Source: Macrostomum hystrix (lineage: Eukaryota > Animalia > Platyhelminthes). From it: a DNA stretch of 64,000 nucleotides. The stretch covers positions 8,866,001 to 8,930,000 of the forward strand of contig CATNEN010000038.1 in the NCBI GenBank assembly GCA_950097015.1, in the 5' to 3' direction. The position numbers and the translations under genes are program-made. The notes under the pieces are model-generated. The model was not told where the DNA came from. It saw nothing but the letters and a program-made list of their open reading frames with translations, and ran no database searches. Below are positions 1 through 12,500 of this stretch, piece by piece. The number at the start of each line of letters is the position of its first letter. The first letter of the stretch is position 1.

Positions 1-7
1 CCTTCAG

Positions 8-1315
8 GGCATTGAAGTTGAAAAGGCTGGCAATGTAACTCTGCCAGCTCCCCTGGAGCACATTAACGTTCACATTCGCAAGGGCTTCATTCTGCCTTGG
101 CAAGAGCCCGACGTCACCACTGTTAAGAGGTGAACCTGCAGCTGGTCTCACTGTTATTCTTTAAATCAGATAATTAATTGCTTTAAACTAGCTTGCTGGC
201 TTTGACTATTTCCCATCTTGTTTGACCTCGATCCCTGGGCTTTACCGTCAATGATTTACGAATCAATTGCTGATTTTCAGTCGAAAAAATGGCATGGGCC
301 TGCTGGTTGCTGCCAAGCAACTGCCCAATGGAGCCCTTAAAGCTTCTGGCAGCCTCTTCTGGGATGATGGCGAAAGCTTTGGTAAGCTTTGGTGCCGCTT
401 TATTTTTAAGATCATGCAGCAATCTTACTAAAATATTCCTCTATTTTCAGAAACCTACTCAGCTAAGAATTACACCCTACACCATTTCGATTTCTCTTTT
501 GACGAGGTATTTACACATGTTTTGCATTTGCTTGCCTTCATACTTGTGCGCACGAATTTCATCTCGGCCTGTCTGATTGCAGCCTAGTGGTTAGAGCGTC
601 GGCCTTACGACTTGAAGTTCGGAGGTTCGATTCCCGCGACTCTCACTAGAAAAAAATTGTGTCCTTTAGCAAGAAACATAACTCCGCATTGTTTCATTTC
701 ACTCAGCTGTTTCATGTAATAATCTACAATTTATATGTTGGCTTTAACTGAAACTCCAGACCGCCGGACAGCACCGCCTGACCATCCAGGCCTTGGCCAA
801 CGGCTACTCGGATCCAAACTCAGTGCAGTTTCGCAACGTCACCATCTACGGATTCCATGTTACTGATGGAGCCGGCCTGGCCGTCAGCGTCAACTCGCAG
901 CCGCACGGCCAGGTAAATTTATATTTTATTGATTGTTTTTGATGCCAGGTAACTACAAAGCTAAATAAAAGCATTCCGTTAAGCCAGAGGGTGACTGGCA
1001 GAGCGTTGACCCGTTCACCCCTCGCATCAAGGTCCCTGAGCTCGTACACTGCCTGACGATGAGAAAGTCATTTTTTGAGAAAGATGAGAAAGATGGTAAT
1101 TTTTTTACCGTCAAAATCCTCAGGTCCGACGAGACACAAATCGAAAGATAATCTTCATCGAGGGCCTAGCGCTAGCTCTGGGCCAGAATCACACACTGAC
1201 GATGCAGGCCCTCTCCGCCGGCTCTGTTGCTGCCTCCGCCATCGCGGTGGCCTTGTGCGCTGCGCTGTCTGCCGCCTTGAACACTGGTCGCTGGTCCTGG
1301 TCGGCTACAATTTAA
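8..1315 (+). CDS. GH31 alpha-glucosidase (lysosomal alpha-glucosidase / maltase-glucoamylase-like), last five exons; 5' part outside window
   Basis: Phase-consistent GT-AG exons 8-129, 281-381, 451-506, 760-912 and 1124-1315 read ...[42 protein letters not shown]...[12 protein letters not shown]..., matching the GH31 C-terminal motifs (LPAPLDTINVH.R.G.I.P.Q.P and G.LFWDDGES). Stop TAA at 1313-1315. Confidence 0.9.
575..715 (+). mobile_element. tRNA-derived CORE-type SINE (family A), intronic copy
   Basis: A box (TAGTGGTTAGAGC) and B box (GGTTCGATTCC), followed by TGTGTCCTTTAGCAAG...AACTCCGCATTGTTTCA...CAGCTGT. Homologous copies occur elsewhere in the window. Confidence 0.75.
988..1070 (+). 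mobile_element. Truncated SINE family B fragment
   Basis: TGGCAGAGCG...CAAGGTCCCTGAG...GTACACTGCCTGACGATGAGAAAGTCA is shared with the full copy at 14935-15282. Confidence 0.65.
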
Positions 1316-3664
1316 CGGACCAATTAAATGTCGGCAAAATTATAACAAAGAAAATGATAATTGACAAGATAGGAAACTAAGAAGCAATAATTTTGTACTT
1401 TCACGTATTTTTATTATAAAAGTTCACGTTTTTAGAAGTTCTTCTGAAAGTTTGTGAGCTAAATGGTTGACCGGTTTCCAGAAAAAATATCCATTTACGC
1501 TCTTTATAGTATATCGAGGACGAGATTCTGCGTGATTGTTACGTACAGCTACTATGCAGTAGCCAATGTGTTAAAATTACGCGATGTTATAAAATTTGTT
1601 TCTTATCATACCCATGCTGTGTGACTAGTGTTTGCTTTATTAATTATTTAATTATCTACATGGCGTACATATACATCCCATCCTATCAAAAAGTCAAGAA
1701 ATTACTAACAAACGTCTAAAACTGCCATAAGATGCATAGAAACTGTGTTAGGGATGTAGATTTTATTGAAGATGATCGGGCTCGTTTTACTTGTAATGGA
1801 AAGATGCAAAACAGAACAGTACAGCACTTTATCGTGATTTCTACCGCTCACTCTAAATTGAAATTCACCTTACTATGCAGACGAAAGACACATAGCGCCT
1901 TACCTATGTATTTTATTCCTACCTCTGTAGACAAACCAAAGCAAGGCTTAGTCATTTTAATTCCTATCTTTGGAGCTTATTTTTTCAGCAAAACCAGCTA
2001 GCCTAAATTTTCCCCAAAAATGTTTCTAATTCTTCTACTATACTAGTAGTCCTAGTGGTCTTTGAGTGACAAATACCCTGATGCTCCAGAGCACTTGGAA
2101 AGCAATAGCGATATAATTTCTTTCCTTCGTCTTCTCTTGCAATGAAGCATTGTGCGCACTTTGTGCGTTCCGGTCGACGCCTTCCCAAACTCAATGAAAT
2201 ATAGCTAACAGGTAAACTGAAGTTATTTAGTTTCTACTTATAAAAATAGAAATACTCTATATTGTACTTCACGTGCACCCAGCGGCAGTAAGGAAGCTAT
2301 TATGAACATAAATTGGTTTAATTCATTGTCCAGAATGCTTCAATTACGGACAGTGAAGTTAAATAATAGTATAATAAGTTTAATAGATTTTAATAGTTTA
2401 AACAAAGTAAAGCAGTACTTGTGTAATACAAAGTCTAAAATTAGCCAAGTATTTTTTCCTATTACAGTTTATAAACAGAAAACTGGTTAGCTTGACGTTC
2501 TGTAATTTAAAGTAGAATTATAATTTAAATTAGTTTATTATGTTGTTTTCATAGAACATTATATTAGTATTCAACTGGGGTTATTAAAATCCGTCGATGA
2601 CGTAACTTCATTCGATATAATGTTTTTCTTACACGTGTACCGGACTTTCTATGTCTAGAAATTAATTGCTGTTACTTGTTTTTTCTTTTTAACAGAATAA
2701 TATTTGTGATGATAATAGTGATTTTTAATAAGATTTTTCAAAATCTTAAAATTTACTGAATGAGTCTGAATGGCTAAAAGTCTGAGCTAACACGTACTGT
2801 CGTTGACTTACATGTATATTATATACTTAATTTCATAAAGCACTTCGAATTTATGTGATCTCACTATGAAGCATAGTATAGGCAAGATGATGGCAAAGTG
2901 TGCCCTTGGCATTTTTACCACAAAATTATGTCCTGTGCACCAACCAACACGAAAAACACTTCGTGTGTAAAACGATATTTTTTACTGACTTTAGCCTTTT
3001 ACCACTGTGCCATGCTGTTAAAGCAGAAATAATTCAAGTCCTAAACAGTGGCATAGCTAGGAGGTATTGGTGTATTGGCCAATACCCCAAAGTTTCGATG
3101 TCTCAATTTTTGGTATTCAATTTATTCAAAAGAAATGAATTAAATTTGTTTTTAAACCATGTTAGGAAATTATGCTGGACAGAACCTAAAACCGATATTC
3201 CAACAGATTGTGGCTATGCGCCTGGTCTTAAAAGTCTTAAAGAATGAAAATGCAATAATACATGTGCAACCTCCAAAATCTTAGATTCTTAGCCAGCCAT
3301 GCAACTTCGTTTTTGCTCTATTTACGACTTAGTTTGCTCACTGTTGCAACTTAGTTCATTTCATTGCTCTATTTACGACTTAGTTTGCTCTCATTTGCTC
3401 TATTTTTCTCTCCCCTTTTTCTTCTTCACGCCTTCCTTTTTGTCCCTTGGTCCCCCTTTGATTTTTTGCGCTTGCTTGATTGGTTTTTGCGACTTACCTT
3501 GCCTGGCCCTCGTTTCACCTGGCCAGTTCGGCTGGGTTGGCTGGGTGTTGCGCATGTATGAATGCAATGATAATGTTAAGCAGTTTAACATAATAACTAG
3601 GCCTATGTTACTATGTTTTTTAGAAAAAAAAATACAAATTGTAGTTGTCATAATTCATATTCAT

Positions 3665-3750
3665 AATTCTATTATATTCATTCTATTCTATTCATTCTAT
3701 TCTATTCATTCTATTCTATTCATTCTATTCATTCTATTCATCTATTCATA
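3665..3750. repeat. (TTCTA/TTCA)n microsatellite
   Basis: Visible tandem attctattc units. Confidence 0.85.
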
Positions 3751-6520
3751 ATAAATAAGGCAGTAGTTATTTTTACAGGGACTGTACAAATAACAAATTG
3801 GCCTGTATGGAATATAGTGACCAGGCCCATAAAAAATAACAAAACAGCCTGATTGATTGATTTTGATCTAGTGATGGTGATATGGGACATAGATATAATT
3901 AGAAATAGGCCTAAAACTGTACAAATAACAAAATGGTAGTTCATACAGTTGCAATGAAAAAAATCTAAGAGTTGTCAATGATTTTTTTGTTGAATCTTAA
4001 GCTGTGGATTGCCCTATTGGAATAAATGTTAAAAACCTCTGGACATGCAATATGGGAGTAAAAATATGGCTTGAAACTGCAATGCAACATGAAATTAGCC
4101 TAACCAGCCTTTCTATAAAAAAACTAAATGGCTTTACATTTTTATTCGGATGATACTGTTGCAACATTACAAAGCAACAGATGGCTAGACATGATTTGAG
4201 TTTGAAGTCAACTGATTTACTTTTTATGCCACAAATGTTATATCCAATAATTATTCACATAATGTAGATGGTATCATTATAATGACAAATATTATTTAAT
4301 AATTACCACACAAAGTCTAATAATAAATAAATATCTAGTTGCACAACAGCATCAATAAGGCCTAACATGGATTTTAGTCCATTTATGTATTTATTTCAGC
4401 AATACTGTATTATAAATTTTTATGTTTCTTATTTTCTTGTCAGTGTTTAAAAATAACAATTATGCCATTTATACAGTCCCTGTATAAATATGAATAGCCA
4501 TTTTGCTATTTGTATGGTCACCCCATAGTCTAGATCATGTAGTTTATGCTATGTATGTCGAGCATAAAATTTGGATACCAAAATGACATCACTGTAATTG
4601 GCATAAAATGTCAAAGTAAAAATCTTGTGTATATAATGGTGTAAATTTAATGTTGCAAAAGTTTGGAGAAGGTAAGAAACAAGTCATTTTAGCATAACTT
4701 TGGTTGTAACTTATGCAATATAGTTGGATAGTAAAGTACATTCACAAACTTATATTTGTGTTTCTAACAAAATGTTTGACATATATAAATTATAAATTGT
4801 TTACATTTTCCACTGTTTCTGTTTCATGTTTTTAATCACAAATGTAACACATTCTAGGTTTATTGTTTTTTCATGTTTTATTTAATTAAATGTTTCTATG
4901 TCTGTTTAAAACACTATTCAACACAAACCAGTTTGCATATTTATTCAAAATTATTGGCATCCTTTTCTAATTGGTATAATTTGGCATTAGAGCTTCAGAC
5001 CAGATTTCCACTTGGTATAATTTGGCATAAAATGAAGCATGTCAAATTTCTTCTGGTTTCTGGCCAGCATGAATCATGAATGACCAGCATGTATATAGTA
5101 AATATGCTAGTCCATTGCTAGTCCAATAGCAATAGCAAGGTGAATTTAGCCTGGGCTTATTTACTCTACACTGGCTTGGTAGTTGTAAGCTATAAGCCTT
5201 AGTCAGGAAGGTAACCTTTTTATTGAAAACTTCAGCACACAATTGGTCTTGCATAGGATTGCACTAGAGTTCATGAAAATGTGCTAGGCACTGTACAACC
5301 ATGGACTCCAAAGAGTACCACACCATGTTAACCACAGTTGGCATCATGCCTGCCCCACACCACCATTCTGCCCTGATTCATGACTACTAGGTGTTATTAA
5401 CACATTTGATATCTTTTGAGTTCACTACAAACCTGCCAAGGTGCAGTCTAACTCCCCTTGAAATATACACTGGTGCATGCCAAGCACTCCAGCCCAAGTC
5501 AAATGCATACAGGAAATTTCTTGTGTATGATAATCCAGACTATGGGACATATGTCCAAAAGCATTGGTCAAAGGGGTGGATTTTAGCCCTATTGGTGCCC
5601 CCATGACAATCAGCCCCAAAACAGAATTCCTGTATTCCACTGGGATGCACAGAATGTGCACTATGTATGTTGACCACCATTTTTATTCACATGTCACTAA
5701 TCATTTCTTTACACATATTTTATAGTGTATTCCTTAGGATGTATGATTACAAATGCCTCATTTCATATATGTTGTTTTTTGTGCCTTGCTTTTAAACAAA
5801 CAAATGGCAATTGTTTCTTATATTAGTATTAATATATCAGATATATATGTATATGCATATTCCATTATGTCTTACATATATTAGCATATAGAATATGTAT
5901 AAATTATTGGCCTTACAGTTGCAGTGTACATACAAATTGGTGTACACTTTGCACTCAGAAAATATAAGGCCTGAATTTTTTGTCAGCTCACACAGGAAAA
6001 CGTTTCTTAGACTCAGATTCCAGCCCCAGTGTGCCCATGCCATTTCCTGACTATGGGCTATTGTAACTATTGACTATTGTCCTAGAATTTTTGCCCTACA
6101 TATACTGCACACATTAAATAAATTCTGTTACATTGATTTGTAAATGCACTGAATTTGCTCTAGAATATTAAGCTAGATAAGTCTTAGATTTTATAAATAG
6201 AATGTTATTAAGTTAAATTAAATAAAGTCATTTTCTGTGCTAAACCAAAAAGCATAAAACATTTTTAAAGGCTACTAAAAAGAATCAAATCAATAATTAA
6301 AACTGATATTGTAAAATGTTTTAAGGGTTATTTTTCTTGTTCAAATAAATTTTCTAAACTGTATTAGCTTCCTCTTGATCTATAATCTTGTAGATCCGCA
6401 GTCTAGAAAACGAAAGATTAGAATAAATCACCAATCCAAGACAATCTGCCTGGACTAGAAGCAGCCGACATCAACAGTCAGCAGCTGGCGGTGACTGACC
6501 GCCCCTGCTCCTCAATTTGT

Positions 6521-9500
6521 ATGACCAAAGCCGCAGAGGCAAGCGAGCCTCATCGCGTACCTAACAATCGTCACAGTATGAGCACAATGTCTAGTTCTTC
6601 TCTGCCATCGACTGTGCATAGTCAGCACAGGCGGCATCTTCAAACCCCAGCAGCTCCAGGACCCCAGCAGCAGCAGCAGCCGTCAAAAACAGTTCGGCGT
6701 CACCCGAACGCGGCTGAACCCAGCCGAGCGGAGCTGTTAAAGTACCTGGCCTGCCTCGAGGGTGAGCTGGCAGCTAGAGACGCCGCCATTGACAGCCTTC
6801 GTCAGCAGCGGCAGCAGCAGCTTTTGCAGCAGGCCCGCTGCGGCCGCTACGGCCTAGCGGATCCGTACGCTGCCCTTCAGCGGGACAGCGAAATCACTTC
6901 CACGGCCGGTCAGCCAGCTGGTGCAGGATCGTCATCAGGTTCGGCTGTCGGCGGCGTTGAGACCGACTTTGACGAGGCGGCTTTGAAGTCCATGTACGAC
7001 AGTCAGCTGGCCGCATTGGAGAATCTCATCGACACGCAGCGGCGGGCGCAGCAGCGAATGCGCGAGCAGATGTCGCTAGTTGAGAGGCGCTACAGGAAGG
7101 TCTGCTCCGAGCTGGACGCCGAGCGGAGGAAACACGAGAAGGACGCCGCGGAGGGCGACGACGTCCTGGCAGGACTCGAGAAGGAGCGAGAGCGGCTGCG
7201 CTCTGAGGTGACCTTGTTTTTTTCTGTTTGTTTGGCTCACCGTTTGCTAGAAGTATTTTTGAGGAAGCAGTCAATTAGTTGCCGGTCTTGATAGGAAGGC
7301 TGGGCATTTTTTATTGTAAAATCAGAGAGGCACTTTTTTGTATAGAACCTGGCCTTTTTTCCTAGATTAATGTCAGATGTGTCATTTCCTAGAATATCAG
7401 ATGTGTCATTTCCTAGAACGATATTGGTGTGTCGTTTCCTAGAATGATATCGGGTGTGTCGTTTCCTAGAATGATATCGGATGTGTCGTTTCCTAGAATG
7501 CTATCAGATGTGTCATTTCCTAGAATGCTATCAGATGTGTCATTTCCTAGAATGCTATCAGATGTGTCATTTCCTAGAATGCTATCAGATGTGTCATTTC
7601 CTAAAATGCTATCAGATGTGTCATTTCCTAGAATGCTATCAGATGTGTCATTTCCTAGAATGATACTTCGTCGTATAGCCAAGGGATTCTAAAGTCGGAG
7701 GTTAAACCGCAGGTTGTCCGAACTTAACTCGCCAATCGCAGGTGGAGTTTGAGCGTCAGCAGAGCCGCAAGCTGGACCGGGAGCTGGCGCGGGTGTCCCA
7801 GGCGCTGACTGACGAGCGCGCCCTCTCTGAACGGCAGCGCCGTGTGGCTCTGGCACTCATTCGTGACAGGCGCGCCCTCTCTGGCCGACTCAGCGCGGCC
7901 CAGACGCGCTGCCAGCAGCTCGAGAGGGCCGCCGCTGCCGCAGAAGCTGCCGAAGCCGCTAGGCTGGAGTCGGCCGCGTTGACCAGCCGGGTGGATGCCG
8001 AGCAGCGTCGGGGTCGGGAGCTCGCGGCCGAGGTCGAGCGACTGCGGGCTTTGCTGGCCGCCGCGGCGCATCCGGCGAGTCAGCCTGGCGGCCTGCTGAA
8101 GGTCAAGCCGGAGCCGCCGGTTAGACGGACGCCGCCGCAGGCCGGGATGCCGACGTCACCGGGCTCCAGTACGCCGAAGCAGCAGCAGCAGCAGCAGCAG
8201 GCGGTGAAGGCTGCTGGCAAGCAGCAACAGCAGCAGCAGCAGGTTTGTGCAGTCAATGGCAAGTGAGGTTGACCATGTCTAGATGATAAAAGTTTTCTTT
8301 TTTACTTCTCTTGATTGCTCCAGCAACTGTACGCATAATTTATCTGGTTTGATTGATCGGATATACTATTAATAACACAGAGCAGCTTACAAATACTATT
8401 TTTAATTGTTTAATGTTTGAATTAGTTAAAAATTAGTTATTTTATACGCTTTATAAACTCTAAATTGATGTGCTGTGGGTTAACAGCTAGCTGTTGCTTA
8501 AACAAGAAGTAACAAGTGACTATTGCGTAAGCAAGTTATAACAATGCTCGATATTGTAAATGAGTGCACAATGCCATGAGTTTGCAGCTTCGTTGCTTTG
8601 CCAAACTCCACTCTAAATCACCCGCTATCATTGATATCTGTCCGTCTGTTTATTTCATTTGTTCGTGTTCTGTTCATGCCTACCTCTTTCTCTCCATTGT
8701 CACTTGCTTGTGAAATTTAATTGACCTGTTTTTTCGCTATTTTATCTTTCTTAATTCTGTACTTTATTGTGCTTATTGTCCAGAAAATGGTAGACAATTC
8801 TGGCGTTTCTTAATAAGCCAATGATGCTTGGTTTTATGTTGCTTGTACTGATTTCTAGTCAAATTGCACACCGTCAACCCAGCTGCAAGTCTGTGCTACA
8901 GAATCTAGTGCCGCCTCTGTTGTGCAATCTCTTCTCACAATTTCTCCTATCAGTTTTGTTCTATTGTTCTAACGATGCCGCGGCTGCTTAGTTTCACTGT
9001 TCAGCTTCTTTTGACTATTATTTTCCTTAATAAATAGTGCATTAGGTGACTTATTCACGTGTGCGTTGTGTCCGGGCCCGGTTATTTGGCAGTTTTTTTT
9101 ACTTTGCCCCAACCTCCGCTATTCAGTAAGTGTGTGCAGTTCGAATCTCCGTGCACTGGAAGCTATTCGTGTTTGAAAGTCAACTAAATTTTCTTGTTAT
9201 CTTCTAGGAGCCAAATGCTTTTTTATGTAAAGATGGCATGCTAATTAAGGACTGACTGAAGAAACCAAATTACTTTTGCTAATTATTACCGTTTGAATCG
9301 TTTTTATAGATTTGTAGATTTGATTAAATTATTACAAAAAACGTACTCAGAACTCGTTTAAATACGTTTAAACGCAAGTGTATGAGATATTTCTACTGTC
9401 CTTTGTGTTTACTACAGATTTTCAGATGCTAAATTTGCTTAATCGCGTTAGACTTAGCTACACCCCAACCGCCTTGTCCATTTATTACTTTATTATATAT

Positions 9501-12500
9501 ATTTTTCTTTTGTTTTCACATGTAGGCAAAGGGCATGAAACAGCTTGGCACTTAAGCTATTAGAATCGATTTTTTTGTTTTTATACCAAGGGGGGTTTTT
9601 GGCAGCGCCTGAATGCTAACAGCGTTGGGTGGTGACTGATTGGTTGACAGTCTAGGCGATAGCGTACTGTGGTTAAGCTGCGCCTAATATTTAGGCTTGA
9701 TCAGTGAGAGTGTAGGAATTCGCGTCAGGTTGTCCATAGTGGCCTATTTCCACCTGTTTTAGCCCTTGATAGTCCAGCAAATCCGTCTAGATAAAGGTAG
9801 GTGACCACCGAAGACGGAGATGATGCAGGCACATTCAGGTGACAAACTAATACATTTTTAAGTCCCGGCAAGGCCGCACTGAGGCGCTGTGCAAATTCGT
9901 GTATAAGGGTGTATGAAATACACTAGCTCTTATGGGAAAAATGTGACCTTCGGCCAGAAACATTGAATAGCTCGACTGTCTGAAGGGCTGGCGACTTGAT
10001 TCTTGTTTCAGAAGATGCGCAACAAAAAGTTGGCCCGTGTTCTTGAGTTTAGTTTGCTTGCCTTGCTCCGATCCGGTGCAGCAAAAAAAACTGTCGGGGA
10101 TTTCCCCCTTGTTAGTTCTACTGTTGATCCCCCAAATACTATCTATAAACTATGCCCCACAATTCATTGTTTTCTGGAGTTGTTTTGTTGCTTTAGATAT
10201 TAATTTGTTATATTTCGGTCAGTGCCATCGACTTGGTTTTTTCCGTTAGTTCTGTGACGGCTATTGTTTTGTTGTGTACATATAAAATGTTCTTTTCTGT
10301 GGTTTTTTATAAAACGTGTAATTTTCTAAAATGTACGTCAACGGTGTCATAACAATGCATATATATATATATATTATTGATATATAATTATTAGCAATGT
10401 CTAGCATATTAATTAGCAACAGCAGTTCTTTTTTACTCTATCGGCCATGTTAAACGCTTATGCGATGAATGCTGCAGAGTCTCTGATACATAATACCTAG
10501 AAGTAAATCACTAACAATATAATCTTGTGCAGCCTTAACACAGTTGGCTTTGCCTTAATCTCTGACTTATTTAATTAATATGAAGCTTGTTTATCTAACT
10601 CGAAGCTGTTCGTATTAACCTAGCCAATCTTGAATAACACGTGTTCCCATCTTATAGTAGCTTTTCTTAATTCAGCAGCGTTTAATGTTAGTGTCTGACT
10701 GAGTCTGTGACTGGCCTATTATATCCGCATAGTCGGTAACCAGTGTAAACTCGCTTGCACTTTATATTCTCTCAGTGCGTGTGTGAATTGTGTGTGTGTG
10801 TGGGGAGAACATTTCTATGAATTATTTGTGGAAAACGGTTCTGAGCACGAGTGCCAGCCGATCTTTCCGGTTCTGGGTTAGCGGATAGAGGGTCGAATGG
10901 ATAGATGGAAATAGTTTGAGTTTGAGGATTGTATAGCTGAGTTGTACTGCGCCTTGTTCTCAATGGCCCTCTGCTCTTGTACACAGAGTGCCAGTTCTAG
11001 AAGTGCATCTTCCCCAGATTTATTAGCTGCGTACGTTGATTGTGAAAAATTCCCAATGATTCAGTTTTAAGTTTTTTTATTATTATTTGCAGGAGGGCTG
11101 CGGGCAATGGCACATCATTTGATGACGCTAGACCCGCAGCCAGCGAGGAGGCGTGTACATCTGCCCTGACTTTCTCATCGTCAGGCAGTGTACACGTTCA
11201 CTGTCAGCCTTGGAGGCCGGCCCTCAAGGGCATGAATTGCACGACAAGCCCCCAAAGCCTTCTCTCCGCGGCTGCGCCCCAAATGAATGCGGCCTCGCCG
11301 TGGCCACTTAAATTAAGATAGTTTTCTGTCAAAGTTACGTAAAAATTGTGTAATGATATTAAAAAACGATATTTGGAACTTCGTGACATCATCTGTTTCA
11401 ATATTGTGAATTTTAGGATTTTCGCGAATTCAGTGTATCGCGGGCGAAAGTTCTGAGATTTTTTAGGACGAAAACGCTTTCTCGTGGTCTGATAATCTTA
11501 GCTTTTGTAAAATTGATAAGGCTTATTAAGGAATATTATAACTCGCTAGATGGAACTAAGTACTATAAAATTTAAATCTGTTTCTGTACTCTGAACTTAT
11601 ATTTTCAGATATTAACTTTTTCTTACACCCACCTCGGCCCGCAGATCAACGGGCGTGGCTATGCCTCCCCGCCTCAGTTTGCTCAATCGTTTGATATTTG
11701 CTGGGAGTCGCGTCAAAGAGGTACGTCAAATTTTAAACTATAAATATACTTCCTACGCATGCACTACACACTCTATCGCTGTTCAGGATTTCCTAATAGC
11801 GCTGGATTTCATAAAAACGCAAAGCATTGTAATTTCTTTTTTAGCATAATTCTATTAGGACCACGGGCTCACCATAAAGAGACTGAATTTGCCCAAAAAC
11901 ACGGAATTCCCCCAAGGTCACGAGATTCCCCTAAGGAAACGGAATTCCTATAATTTCATGGTGTACCCCTAAAAACACGAGATTCCTTTGAACACAAGGA
12001 ATAATCCTAATATCCCCTAATTACAGGATTCCTTTAAGCACCAGAATCCCTTAAGGACACAGGATTTCCCTAAGGACACGGTATTCCCCAAATAATTGTA
12101 TTCCGCTAAATTCATAGTGTAACACTAAGAACGTGGGATTCTCCTAAGGACTCGGGATTCCCCGAACGACACAGAATTCCCCTAAATTCATGGTATTCCT
12201 CTAAACTCATAGTTTTCCACTAAGAAAGGGGGATTCCCCGATAGAACGGGATTTCCCTAAGCGCACAGGATTCTCTGACTTCATGGGATTCCACAAAAGA
12301 CACGGGAATCTGTAAAACTTTGTGTTTTCTTTCAGAAACTGGATTTTCGTAAGACCGACAAGTCCGGGAAGAACAAAGAAAGTTTATTCCACTATGAAAT
12401 TACACAGCTGTCAGGGTCACTGTATCACTGTATGCCTTATCGGATCCATACATTTAGACATATTTGCGCTCGACTTCTGAATTGCTTCAGAATCCGTCGA

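Noticed and set aside
1732-3247. Short AT-rich ORFs between GH31 and CTTNBP2
   Set aside because: No recognisable motifs and no exon-like codon or GC signature.
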